A stretch of DNA of 44,755 nucleotides from Candidatus Thermosaccharophagus tengchongensis (GTDB taxonomy: Bacteria > Armatimonadota > Fervidibacteria > Fervidibacterales > Thermosaccharophagaceae): the NCBI GenBank assembly GCA_032161105.1, contig JAVHTD010000020.1; one strand, given 5' to 3'. This document shows, one piece after another, positions 1 through 8,975 of the stretch; position 1 is the stretch's first letter; each line of letters opens with the position of its first letter. A model generated the notes under the pieces. It did not search any database. It was not told where the DNA came from and saw only the letters and a list, made by a program, of their open reading frames with translations. The translations under genes and the position numbers were made by a program.

Positions 1-1404
1 GGAACTGGCAAGCTGCTCTCGCACCTCACTAACGATTTGAATGTGCTCCAAGTCATCAGCGCCATCGGAATTCAGGATATAATCACGACCCCGTTCCAAA
101 TGCTCGGCGCATTCCTATTGATGCTCCGACTGAGCTGGCAGCTCACCCTGATTGTAATGTTCATCGTCCCAATAACAGCTTGGTTCATCTACATCACTGG
201 CAGGCGAATTAGAGTCGTCACAGGTCGCATACAGATGGCGCTCGCCGAATTGATGCGCACACTCACTGAAGCGCTTTCATCAATGCAGCTTGTGCAGGCG
301 TTCGGCGTTGAGAGGGAAGCGCTTGAGCGCTTCCGTGAGAAGAACTTGACTGTCTACAGGGAGATGCTGAGGAGTCTGCGCCTCAAATCAGCCCTTACAC
401 CGCTCGTTGAGTTTATAGCCCTGTGTGGTGTTGCCGTTGGATTGCTCGTTGGCGGATATGAGGTGGTCTCTGGGAGAATAGCTCCAGAGAGCCTTGTCCC
501 ATTCATGATTTACTTTCACCTGCTCGCTTCTGGTGTCCGCAACTTGAGCCGAATAAATACCGTCAGGGAGGAAGTCAGTGCGGCAAGTGAGCGCATCTAC
601 TCGGTGCTTGACACACCACCGCAAGCCATTGATCCCCCAGACGCAATTGAACTTGGTGATGTGAAGGGACACATCAGGCTTGAGAATGTGACCTTCGTTT
701 ACCCGAACGGCAAAGTGGCACTTGACAATGTTAGCTTTGAGATAAAGCCCGGAGAGAGCGTAGCGCTTGTCGGACCAAGTGGAGCTGGTAAGACAACAAT
801 AGCTCGCCTGCTGCTGCGCCTGTATGAGCTGCAATCTGGGAGGATACTCATTGATGGGTATGACATTAGGCAAATCAAGGCATCGTGCCTCAGGAAACTC
901 ATCGGATTCGTCCCGCAGGAGGTATTGCTGTTTGATGGCACCGTATTTGAGAACATAGCATTCGGAAAGCCGGATGCGTCCGAAGAGGATGTGGTGCGAG
1001 CTGCGAAGCTGGCTAACGCTCACCAGTTCATATGCGCCATGCCGGATGGATACAAAACCATCGTTGGTGAGCGTGGCGTGCGCCTCTCAATGGGACAAAG
1101 GCAGCGGATAGCTATAGCGAGGGCAATTATACGAGACCCAAAGATCCTCATCCTTGATGAGGCAACATCAAACTTGGACAGCGAATCCGAAGCCGAAATT
1201 CAAAGGGCGCTTGAGAGCATACGAAACGGGAGAACAACCCTCATAATAGCCCACCGCATGAGCAGCATAAGGGGCGTTGATAGAATTTTGGTGCTTAAGA
1301 ACGGTAGGGTGGTTGAAGAGGGCTCGCATGAAGAGCTGATGAGCAGGCATGGTTTGTATCACAAGCTCCACCAATTGCAGGTTGAGGGCTTACTGGAGGA
1401 GTGA
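1..1404 (+). CDS. MsbA-like ABC transporter ATP-binding/permease, 5'-truncated by the window edge
   Basis: Frame is open from base 1 (GTGKLLSHLTND...). TM domain is followed by Walker A GPSGAGKT, signature LSMGQRQR, Walker B ILILDEATS and H-loop IIAHR. Stop overlaps the waaA start, which fits a lipid A flippase. Confidence 0.85.
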   Translation, partial: GTGKLLSHLTNDLNVLQVISAIGIQDIITTPFQMLGAFLLMLRLSWQLTLIVMFIVPITAWFIYITGRRIRVVTGRIQMALAELMRTLTEALSSMQLVQAFGVEREALERFREKNLTVYREMLRSLRLKSALTPLVEFIALCGVAVGLLVGGYEVVSGRIAPESLVPFMIYFHLLASGVRNLSRINTVREEVSAASERIYSVLDTPPQAIDPPDAIELGDVKGHIRLENVTFVYPNGKVALDNVSFEIKPGESVALVGPSGAGKTTIARLLLRLYELQSGRILIDGYDIRQIKASCLRKLIGFVPQEVLLFDGTVFENIAFGKPDASEEDVVRAAKLANAHQFICAMPDGYKTIVGERGVRLSMGQRQRIAIARAIIRDPKILILDEATSNLDSESEAEIQRALESIRNGRTTLIIAHRMSSIRGVDRILVLKNGRVVEEGSHEELMSRHGLYHKLHQLQVEGLLEE

Positions 1405-2789
1405 TGTCCGTGAGTGAGTTGGGAAGGGGAGTAATGGGCAAAAGTCAGGGCGATGGCTCTGAGCTACTCTATGCCATTTACAACCTTGCGCTCAACGGCG
1501 CAACGCCATTCATCGCCATCTACATGCTGTATAGGTTGATGGTGATGCGCAAGGGATGGGGCGCTGTGAAGAACTGGTTTGGCGACATGCCGAAGCCGAG
1601 TCCCAATGGGACAAGAAAGCGAATATGGGTGCACGCAGTTTCAGTTGGTGAGGTGATGGTGGCGCAGGCGTTAACCAAAAAGCTGCGAGAGCTCCTGAAG
1701 GATGCGTGGATGATTCTGACCACCGTGACTGATGCGGGAAATGCGGTTGCCAGGAGGCAGGCAAAGGAAGTTAATGCAATTGCATACCTGCCCGTTGATT
1801 ACTACTGGTCTGCAATGAGGGCAATGCATGCAGTCCGACCAAACGCCCTCATACTCATTGAAGGTGAGCTCTGGCCGAACATCATAAGGTGCGCAAAGAG
1901 GAGTTGCGCTGCAGTCGTCCTCGCTAACGGCAGGGTGTCTGATGCGACATACCAGCGGGCGCTGTCTTATGGACAGGCATTCTACAGGGCGATGCTCAGC
2001 CAGTTTGATGTCTTCCTGATGCGCACGGAAGTTGATGCCCAACGAATCGTATCAATTGGAGCTGACGAAAGCAAGGTCGTGGTCACAGGCGATATAAAGC
2101 TTGATGTGATGCCACCTGATGAGGGCGAGCTCAAGCTGCTGCGAAGGAAACTGCTCGGCGAGTTCGGCATCGGAGAAAACAACTTAGTGTGGGTCGCCGG
2201 GAGCACACACCACGGTGAGGAGGAACTGCTCCTTGAGGTTTACAAGAGGTTGCTCATTCACTTTCCATCGCTGCGTTTGATCGTAGCCCCAAGGCATATT
2301 GAGCGGTCAAACGAGATTGCCACACTGATAGCGAGGCATCGTTTTTGGTGTGTGCGCCGAAGCTCAATCATTCGTGGCGAAATTGAGCCGAGGGCAATGA
2401 GCATGGCTGCAGCCACACCGGTTTTTCTGCTTGACACAATGGGCGAACTGAGGAACATCTACGCTTTGGCTGATGTGGCGTTTGTGGGCGGGAGTTTGGT
2501 GAAGCGTGGCGGGCATAACATGGTTGAGCCGTTGGCGTATGGGTGTCCTGTGGTGTTTGGAAGGCATGTGGATAACTTTAGACCGCACGCAGCCGCCCTG
2601 CAATCCGAAGGCATTGGGTTCACGGTGAATGATGCAAATGAGCTTTTTGACCTCATGGTTAGGCTGCTCTCTTCACAGACGATGCGCTCCGAAATAAAAC
2701 GGCGCTCAAAAAAGCTCCTTGAAGCGCACAGCGGTGCTGCCACCAAGACAGCCATGCATATCGCCAAGCTGCTCATGTCACCCAAATGA
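1401..2789 (+). CDS. waaA: 3-deoxy-D-manno-octulosonic acid (Kdo) transferase
   Basis: Motifs WVHAVSVGEV, EGELWPN, LANGRVSD, AGSTH, APRHIER, LDTMGEL and GGHNMVEP, plus an N-terminal membrane anchor. Confidence 0.93.
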   Translation: MMSVSELGRGVMGKSQGDGSELLYAIYNLALNGATPFIAIYMLYRLMVMRKGWGAVKNWFGDMPKPSPNGTRKRIWVHAVSVGEVMVAQALTKKLRELLKDAWMILTTVTDAGNAVARRQAKEVNAIAYLPVDYYWSAMRAMHAVRPNALILIEGELWPNIIRCAKRSCAAVVLANGRVSDATYQRALSYGQAFYRAMLSQFDVFLMRTEVDAQRIVSIGADESKVVVTGDIKLDVMPPDEGELKLLRRKLLGEFGIGENNLVWVAGSTHHGEEELLLEVYKRLLIHFPSLRLIVAPRHIERSNEIATLIARHRFWCVRRSSIIRGEIEPRAMSMAAATPVFLLDTMGELRNIYALADVAFVGGSLVKRGGHNMVEPLAYGCPVVFGRHVDNFRPHAAALQSEGIGFTVNDANELFDLMVRLLSSQTMRSEIKRRSKKLLEAHSGAATKTAMHIAKLLMSPK

Positions 2790-2892
2790 AGCTGGAACAA
2801 CTTGCAGCCAGGGTTTAAACGACAAAGCTCACTTTGAGTTTGCGAGCTCAGTCCCAAAATGAGTGGATGGAGGCTTCACCTTGAGTTGAGAC

Positions 2893-3843
2893 TTACCCTG
2901 ACTTGATGTAGTAGCCGAATCGCCTGAGTGCGTGCTCATCCTTGCGCCAGTCCTCTGCCACCTTCACCCACAGCTCAAGGTAAACTTCCCTACCGAGGTA
3001 TTGCTCAATTGAGCGCCTCGCCTCTTGTCCTATTCGCTTTATCATTGTCCCACCTTTCCCGATGACGATTTTCTTTTGGCTTTCCTTTTCAACATGGATT
3101 GTGGCTGCAATGTAAACCTTATTGGGGCGTTCCTCAAACCTTTCCACGAGCACGGCGACACAGTGTGGCACTTCCTGATGAAGGTTGTGCAGGACTGCCT
3201 CACGAATCAACTCAGCGAGCATGAACTTCTCGGGCATCTCTGTGACGGTTCCCTTTGGGTAATAGCGCGGACCCTCGGGCAACAGCTCAACTATCTTCTC
3301 AACGAGCTTTCCGACATTGTCGCCGCGCGTTGCTGATATGTCTATGGCGCATTCAAACTCGCCGAGAGAGGCATATTGCATGCTCCGCTCAGCGAGTTCA
3401 TCAGGCTTAACCAAGTCGCGCTTGTTGAGGGCGAGTATGACGGGCGCTTTTGAAAGTTTGAGCTTGTTTGCTGCAAGTTCATCTTCGGCAGTCGGTGGCA
3501 CTGAGACATCCACAACGAAGACGATGACATCGGAGTCTGGCAATTGTGCCATTGCTTCCTCAACCAGAAAGGTGCCGAGCTTGTGCTTCGGGTTGTGCAT
3601 CCCCGGCGTGTCCACGAAGATGATTTGTGCGTTTTCAAGTTCAGTGATTCCGACGATGCGGTTGCGCGTCGTTTGGGGTTTCGGGGAGACGATTGCCACC
3701 TTCTCTCCCACAAGCAAGTTGAGCAGGGTTGACTTGCCGACATTCGGTCTCCCCCACAGGGTCACGAAGCCGGATTTGAACCCCGGTGGCGCCTCAAAAG
3801 ATGCCTCAAGTTCATTCAAGTTCTCTTCCAAACGCTCATCCAT
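2893..3843 (-). CDS. era: GTPase Era
   Basis: GRPNVGKSTL, PQTTR, DTPG, NKRD and a KH domain (VIGKGG, LELWVKV). ATG 3843 is preceded by GGAG. Confidence 0.96.
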   Translation of the reverse strand: MDERLEENLNELEASFEAPPGFKSGFVTLWGRPNVGKSTLLNLLVGEKVAIVSPKPQTTRNRIVGITELENAQIIFVDTPGMHNPKHKLGTFLVEEAMAQLPDSDVIVFVVDVSVPPTAEDELAANKLKLSKAPVILALNKRDLVKPDELAERSMQYASLGEFECAIDISATRGDNVGKLVEKIVELLPEGPRYYPKGTVTEMPEKFMLAELIREAVLHNLHQEVPHCVAVLVERFEERPNKVYIAATIHVEKESQKKIVIGKGGTMIKRIGQEARRSIEQYLGREVYLELWVKVAEDWRKDEHALRRFGYYIKSG

Positions 3844-4297
3844 GCTTGACACTCCAGTCGTAGCCTATGATCGGCGTGTTGTATGGCAGCCTGTGTTCGT
3901 CTGGGCTCTCGCGGTTGTATGGTTTGTCAGGGCAGTTGAGCACATAAGCCATTTCCCCACCGAGGGCTGTAAAGCCATGCCACACCCTCGGAGGTATCAT
4001 TACGAGCAAGCGGCGATGATCGCCCATCACAAACTCGTTTATCTCCCCCTTCGTCGGCGAGTCATCACGCAGGTCAGCGAGCACGAGTTTTATCGTCCCC
4101 TTGATGGCGCATATGTAATCCGTTTGGTGCTCATGCATATGCCACGCCTTTATAACGCCCGGATAACATGTCGTGATGTATACCTGCCCGAAGCTGCGGA
4201 ATATGCTATCGTCACATCGCAGCACTTCAAATAGGAAGCCTCGCTCATCAATGTGCACAACGAGCTCCTTAACAGCCACTCCATGAATCATGCTCAT
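3836..4297 (-). CDS. dTDP-4-dehydrorhamnose 3,5-epimerase family (RmlC-like cupin)
   Basis: DERGFLFE, PGVIKAWHMH, DLRDDSPT and IPPRVWHGF. Start placed at ATG 4297 after GAGGGG. Confidence 0.88.
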   Translation of the reverse strand: MSMIHGVAVKELVVHIDERGFLFEVLRCDDSIFRSFGQVYITTCYPGVIKAWHMHEHQTDYICAIKGTIKLVLADLRDDSPTKGEINEFVMGDHRRLLVMIPPRVWHGFTALGGEMAYVLNCPDKPYNRESPDEHRLPYNTPIIGYDWSVKHG

Positions 4298-4382
4298 CGC
4301 CCCTCGCTGCCAGAAGCGATTCAACTGCAGTTATTCACTGAAAGAAAACCCCTTAGCTACTGTGCACCCGCCCCTGCCTCAA

Positions 4383-4470
4383 ATAAAGAGCCAGCAAGCC
4401 ATCCCTTCACAACTGCCGCCTCACCCTTAACCCCCGTCCACCGCATGGCTTGCTGGCATATCGGCTTTAT
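4383..4470. repeat. Intergenic inverted repeat with 13-bp perfect arms
   Basis: GCCAGCAAGCCAT (4390-4402) and ATGGCTTGCTGGC (4445-4457) are separated by 42 nt. Outer ATAAAG/CTTTAT (4383-4388/4465-4470) extends the stem. Confidence 0.7.
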
Positions 4471-4507
4471 GACTTGCCCAAAACAATGGGTCAACCCGCG
4501 AGGATGA

Positions 4508-5785
4508 TTATAGCCCAACCAAGTAGCCATAGCGTGACTTGAACTCATCCGGCGTCATCTTAGCCTCGGAGGCGAGTTTCTTGAGCATGTCCTCGTCCTC
4601 AAAGTCCTCTCGCTTGAGCCTTATCATGTAGTCATAGGCGCATTTGTAGGCGTCGGAGTCAAGGTCAACCTTTCTTGTCCTCGCCCTGCCAGTTTGCGGG
4701 TCTATGAACTCATCAAATGCGAGCACCCTCCTCTCGCCCCGTATGATGCAAACCATCCCGCCATTGCGCAACCTTGGGTCGCTGGGTTCCTCCCTCAGGA
4801 ACTCAATTGCGGCATGCCCAAGCTGGCGTGTGTAAATCATGTCAAACACATTTGGCGGGGCGCATCGCAGTTCATATCCAAGCGTCAGGTCAACAATTGT
4901 CACCCTAACCCCGCGCTTCTTGAATCGCTCCTGTATGCGCTTTTTGATGACATCTCCGAGGGGGACTTCAGCCAAGCGCAGATGACCATGCTCATCACGC
5001 TCAACGGTAACACCGGGCATGGCTTGCAGTTCCTCCGGGTCAAGCTTCTCTCCGATTCCTTCGGCTATTACGGCTACGCCATCCTCCCTTCCAAGAGCCC
5101 TGCGTTTAAGCATTGAGCCCTCAATCACATCGCAAACCTCGTCAAGCTTTATCACACCCTTTGGGAACTCCTCTGGGATAACCGTGACTGTTGCGCCTGC
5201 CGCAGCGCCTATGCCAAGTGCAAGGTGACCGGCTGCCCTGCCCATCGCAACGATGAAATACCATCGGACTGCAGTGCGAGCATCCTCCATGACATTGCGC
5301 ACTAACTGTGCACCAACCTCGCATGCAGTCGTAAAGCCAAATGTGGGGGTATTGTCTGGGAGTGGAAGGTCGTTGTCTATCGTCTTTGGGACATGAGCAA
5401 CTCTTATCTGACCGCCTGACTCCCTCGCTATGTGATGTGCAACAGTGGCAGTGTCGTCACCGCCGATGGTAACAAGGCATGTTATGCCCAGTTTCCGAAG
5501 GGCATCAAGCGTATTGGGAACGCCCTCGGGGCGCTTAAGCGGGTTAGCGCGTGATGTCCTCAAGATTGAGCCGCCGAGGAAGTGAATCCGTGAGACATCC
5601 TCAATTGACAGCGCTTTGACCTTTGTTGTGTCTCCCTTCATGAGGTGCTCAAATCCATCGTAGATCCCGACCACATCCCAACCCAAACTGCGTGCCCTTA
5701 TCGTTGCAGCCCCTATGACGCCGTTTATGCCCGGCGCCGGACCACCGCCAACAAGTATGCCCACTCGTTGCTTTGTCTCCGGCAT
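4508..5785 (-). CDS. pfp: Pyrophosphate-dependent phosphofructokinase (diphosphate--fructose-6-phosphate 1-phosphotransferase)
   Basis: GGGPAPGINGVI, MGR and LGYELRC identify PFK-A. TIGGDDT with PKTIDNDL (Asp/Lys pair) is the PPi-type pattern. ATG 5785 follows GGGGTGA. Confidence 0.88.
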   Translation of the reverse strand: MPETKQRVGILVGGGPAPGINGVIGAATIRARSLGWDVVGIYDGFEHLMKGDTTKVKALSIEDVSRIHFLGGSILRTSRANPLKRPEGVPNTLDALRKLGITCLVTIGGDDTATVAHHIARESGGQIRVAHVPKTIDNDLPLPDNTPTFGFTTACEVGAQLVRNVMEDARTAVRWYFIVAMGRAAGHLALGIGAAAGATVTVIPEEFPKGVIKLDEVCDVIEGSMLKRRALGREDGVAVIAEGIGEKLDPEELQAMPGVTVERDEHGHLRLAEVPLGDVIKKRIQERFKKRGVRVTIVDLTLGYELRCAPPNVFDMIYTRQLGHAAIEFLREEPSDPRLRNGGMVCIIRGERRVLAFDEFIDPQTGRARTRKVDLDSDAYKCAYDYMIRLKREDFEDEDMLKKLASEAKMTPDEFKSRYGYLVGL

Positions 5786-5804
5786 GACAGCAATCACCCC
5801 CATA

Positions 5805-7340
5805 TCATGACCTTAGCATCAAATTGATGCCCCACTTTTTCGCCTTGCGGAAAAGCGCGGCTCGGCTTGTGTTTAGGGCTTGAGCGCACTTATCTAAGTC
5901 CCAATCGTAAACTTCAAGCAAAGCGAGCAGCTCATTTCGCTCCGTTGCATCATCTGAATTTACTTCATCAATCACCTCCGTATTAAGCGGCGTATGCGCT
6001 TTTATGCCCGCCGCTATAGCCGCTTGCCTTATGTGCATCGGCAAGTGATGCGGCTGAATATACCCACCTTTGCAAACGACAAACGCATACTCAAGCGCGT
6101 TTTCAAGCTCCCTTATGTTGCCCGGCCAGCTGTAGTTGAGGAAGATGTGCATTGTGGTTGGGCTGATGCCCTCAATTGGGCGCCCAGTTTCACGCCTGAA
6201 CTTCTCAACGAAGTGATCAACGAGAAGCGGTATGTCATCGCGCCGCTCACGCAGAGGCGGGATATAGATTGGGATGACATTGAGCCGATAGAACAAGTCC
6301 TCTCGGAACTGACCCTGCTTGACAGCCTGTCTTAAGTCCTTATTCGTTGCGGCTATGATGCGCACATCCACTTTGATTGTCCTTGTTCCACCGAGCCGCT
6401 CAAACTCCCTCTCTTGGAGCACCCTCAGAAGCTTGACTTGCACAGCCGGGCTTATCTCACCAATTTCGTCCAGGAAGATTGTGCCACCGTGGGCGAGCTC
6501 AAACCTGCCAGGCTTATCCGTCACAGCATCCGTGAACGCGCCTCTGACATATCCAAAGAGCTCGGCTTCAAGCAATGTCTCAGGTATAGCGCCACAGTTG
6601 ACTTTAACAAATGGCCCATTAGCTCTCGGACTCGTTTGGTGGATGGCGTGAGCTACAAGCTCCTTACCGGTGCCTGTTTCACCATAGATGAGCACGGTGG
6701 CGAGCGAATCGGATATGTCCTCAATGAGTTGATAGAGCTGTTGCATTGCTTTGCTTCGCCCAATCAGCGGACCAAACCTATCCCTATACTTTGCGGTGGC
6801 AGGCTTATCTCCGCAGATTGATGTGCTCCTCAGAAACTCAACTCCGCCGATCACACGATTGTGCTCATCCCTGAGCAGCTTTGCTCGGACCATCACCGTG
6901 GAGATCCCATTTTTTCCATTGAGCAATTGCATCTCCGTTTCCGGGGGCTCGTTGCCAGTCTGCATCGCTATAGCCAGTGGACATCCAACGCCGCACTTGC
7001 TCCCACGGCAGACCTTGAAGCAGTGAATGCCAACAACATTCCCATTAGTTGCCCCGATGAGCTCGCGTGCTGCAGCATTGATTGCCATAATCCTTAAGTC
7101 CCGATCAACGACTATCGCTGGGTCACTCATAGCCTCAACAAGCGCCCAAAACATCTTGCCATAGCCATCGCTGCCAATATGGGGCTTTACATCAACATCG
7201 TCTTGAACGGGGATGTGGTCATCTTCCATTGCACTGCTGCGCAGGAAACGCTTCCCACTTTTATGTGAGACGGATGTCGTATCGGGTAACGCAGCGGAGC
7301 GTTTGGGTTTGCTTGCGGCTCTGCGCCTCAAAGTAGCCAC
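5805..7340 (-). CDS. Sigma-54-dependent transcriptional activator (PAS + AAA+ + Fis-type HTH)
   Basis: GETGTGKE, ELFGYVRGAFTDA, FLDEIGE, QVKLLRVLQE, FREDLFYRL and WPGNIRELEN, with an N-terminal PAS domain and C-terminal HTH. Start codon uncertain. Confidence 0.92.
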   Translation of the reverse strand: MATLRRRAASKPKRSAALPDTTSVSHKSGKRFLRSSAMEDDHIPVQDDVDVKPHIGSDGYGKMFWALVEAMSDPAIVVDRDLRIMAINAAARELIGATNGNVVGIHCFKVCRGSKCGVGCPLAIAMQTGNEPPETEMQLLNGKNGISTVMVRAKLLRDEHNRVIGGVEFLRSTSICGDKPATAKYRDRFGPLIGRSKAMQQLYQLIEDISDSLATVLIYGETGTGKELVAHAIHQTSPRANGPFVKVNCGAIPETLLEAELFGYVRGAFTDAVTDKPGRFELAHGGTIFLDEIGEISPAVQVKLLRVLQEREFERLGGTRTIKVDVRIIAATNKDLRQAVKQGQFREDLFYRLNVIPIYIPPLRERRDDIPLLVDHFVEKFRRETGRPIEGISPTTMHIFLNYSWPGNIRELENALEYAFVVCKGGYIQPHHLPMHIRQAAIAAGIKAHTPLNTEVIDEVNSDDATERNELLALLEVYDWDLDKCAQALNTSRAALFRKAKKWGINLMLRS

Positions 7341-7443
7341 CCTCTTTTTACGATGAGTTCGCAGGCGTGACGCATTTGCCGCAATCCTTTCTTAAGGCTG
7401 CAACTCCCATTGCTACATTATGATAGCGCGCCATAAACAAGGA

Positions 7444-8961
7444 CTACCCATCACGCTGCCGGCTGACCGTGACCTGTCTCGCCCTCAGCAGCGTGAGAAG
7501 GTAATGAAGGGCAATTGCAATGACAAAGCATGAGGTGTTGCCGACAACCGTCCAAAGTAAAAAGTTTAGCTTCGTCTTCAACATCACATACGCCAGCACC
7601 CCATACGAGCTCAGGAAACCGATGAGGGCAGCCTCCCAGCTGATGCGCGTCGGCAGAAGCGAGAGCACCATTAACGCGAGTATGCCATTCGTGGATATGC
7701 CCATAGCTTTGTTCCAAGCAACCTGCGCATATTCTGAGCGGATGAAATACAAAGCCATGCCTATTGAAAGCAAACCCCAAAACAGCGTCATGAAGCGAGC
7801 CACCAGAAGGTAATGCCTATCATCAGCGCTTGGGCAAAAGAAGCGCTTGTAGAAATCCTCAATACAAACTGTGGATGCGGAGTTCATGCTTGAATCAATG
7901 CTTGACATTGCTGCTGCAATCATGGCAGCAATGATTAACCCGGAAACGCCCTCCGGAAGGACACTCACAACGAAGTGTGGGTATATGGCATCAACTTTTC
8001 CCTTTGAGAGCATCTCCACAACTGGGTCTGGGTGCTGCTTGTAGTAGACAAATAGCAGGACTCCGAGAAGGTAAAAGAGATAGCCGATGGGTATGTAGCC
8101 CAAGATGGCGATCCAAACGCTCGCGTTTGCCTTAGCCGTTGACTCCGTTGTTATATAGCGCTGAACTATGTCCTGTTGGCTTGAATAGATGCGCATCGTT
8201 TGAAAGAGCGTCTCAAGTATGAGCCATAGCGTCACAACCTCCGTGAAATCTATCCTCCAGTCAAACATGCGCAGCTTGCCATACTCAACAGCAATTGCCA
8301 ATGGATTGCCACCACCGGCACACACCGAGATGACGGCGAAGAGTATGGATAGAAGTGCGCCAACGACAAGCACGATGACTTGAATCACATCCGTCCATAT
8401 CACGGCTTCAATCCCACCAGCGACCGTATATGCGGTGGCAACACTTCCCATAAGGACAATCAGCCCCCGTAAGTCCATCCCAGTGGCTCTATGGAGGGTC
8501 AGGGCAGTCAGATATGTGATGAGACCCATGCGGGCTATTGAGAGGACGATGAACGAAATTGAAGCGAGCAAGCGAAGTGATACATGCATTCGCTTCTCAA
8601 AGAGCTCATAAACGCTTATGACACCAGCTTCCCTATATCGTGGCAGGACAAGCTTGGTCACGAAGAACCCCGTCACCGCAAGGAACGGAAGTTGGATTGA
8701 ATACAGCATATCAAACTTGCCGAAAGATGTTGCCGGGAGAGCCAGCATGGTTAGTGTTGAAAGGTATGTCCCAAGTAGCGACAAACCAACAGCTATGTAG
8801 TTCATCCTACCATCAGCCGTAAAGAAGCTGCGGTGGCTTTTCACCCTCGGAGCAACGATGATGCCAATGAGCAACATGCCGATGAAGTATAGCGAAAGAA
8901 CTGCCCAATCAATGGGACCAAAATGGGGATGCCCCACTTCAAAGGCATGCTCACCAGCCAT
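7444..8961 (-). CDS. Sodium:solute symporter (SSS family)
   Basis: Many TM helices with YTVAGGIEAVIWTDVIQ, QDIVQRY and AAMSSIDSSMNS. ATG 8961 follows GGAGTGG. Confidence 0.92.
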   Translation of the reverse strand: MAGEHAFEVGHPHFGPIDWAVLSLYFIGMLLIGIIVAPRVKSHRSFFTADGRMNYIAVGLSLLGTYLSTLTMLALPATSFGKFDMLYSIQLPFLAVTGFFVTKLVLPRYREAGVISVYELFEKRMHVSLRLLASISFIVLSIARMGLITYLTALTLHRATGMDLRGLIVLMGSVATAYTVAGGIEAVIWTDVIQVIVLVVGALLSILFAVISVCAGGGNPLAIAVEYGKLRMFDWRIDFTEVVTLWLILETLFQTMRIYSSQQDIVQRYITTESTAKANASVWIAILGYIPIGYLFYLLGVLLFVYYKQHPDPVVEMLSKGKVDAIYPHFVVSVLPEGVSGLIIAAMIAAAMSSIDSSMNSASTVCIEDFYKRFFCPSADDRHYLLVARFMTLFWGLLSIGMALYFIRSEYAQVAWNKAMGISTNGILALMVLSLLPTRISWEAALIGFLSSYGVLAYVMLKTKLNFLLWTVVGNTSCFVIAIALHYLLTLLRARQVTVSRQRDG

Positions 8962-8975
8962 AGGCACCACTCCGA

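Noticed and set aside
3317..4234. 305-aa plus-strand ORF
   Set aside because: Antisense shadow of era and the rmlC-like gene. It is Ser-rich with no recognisable motifs.
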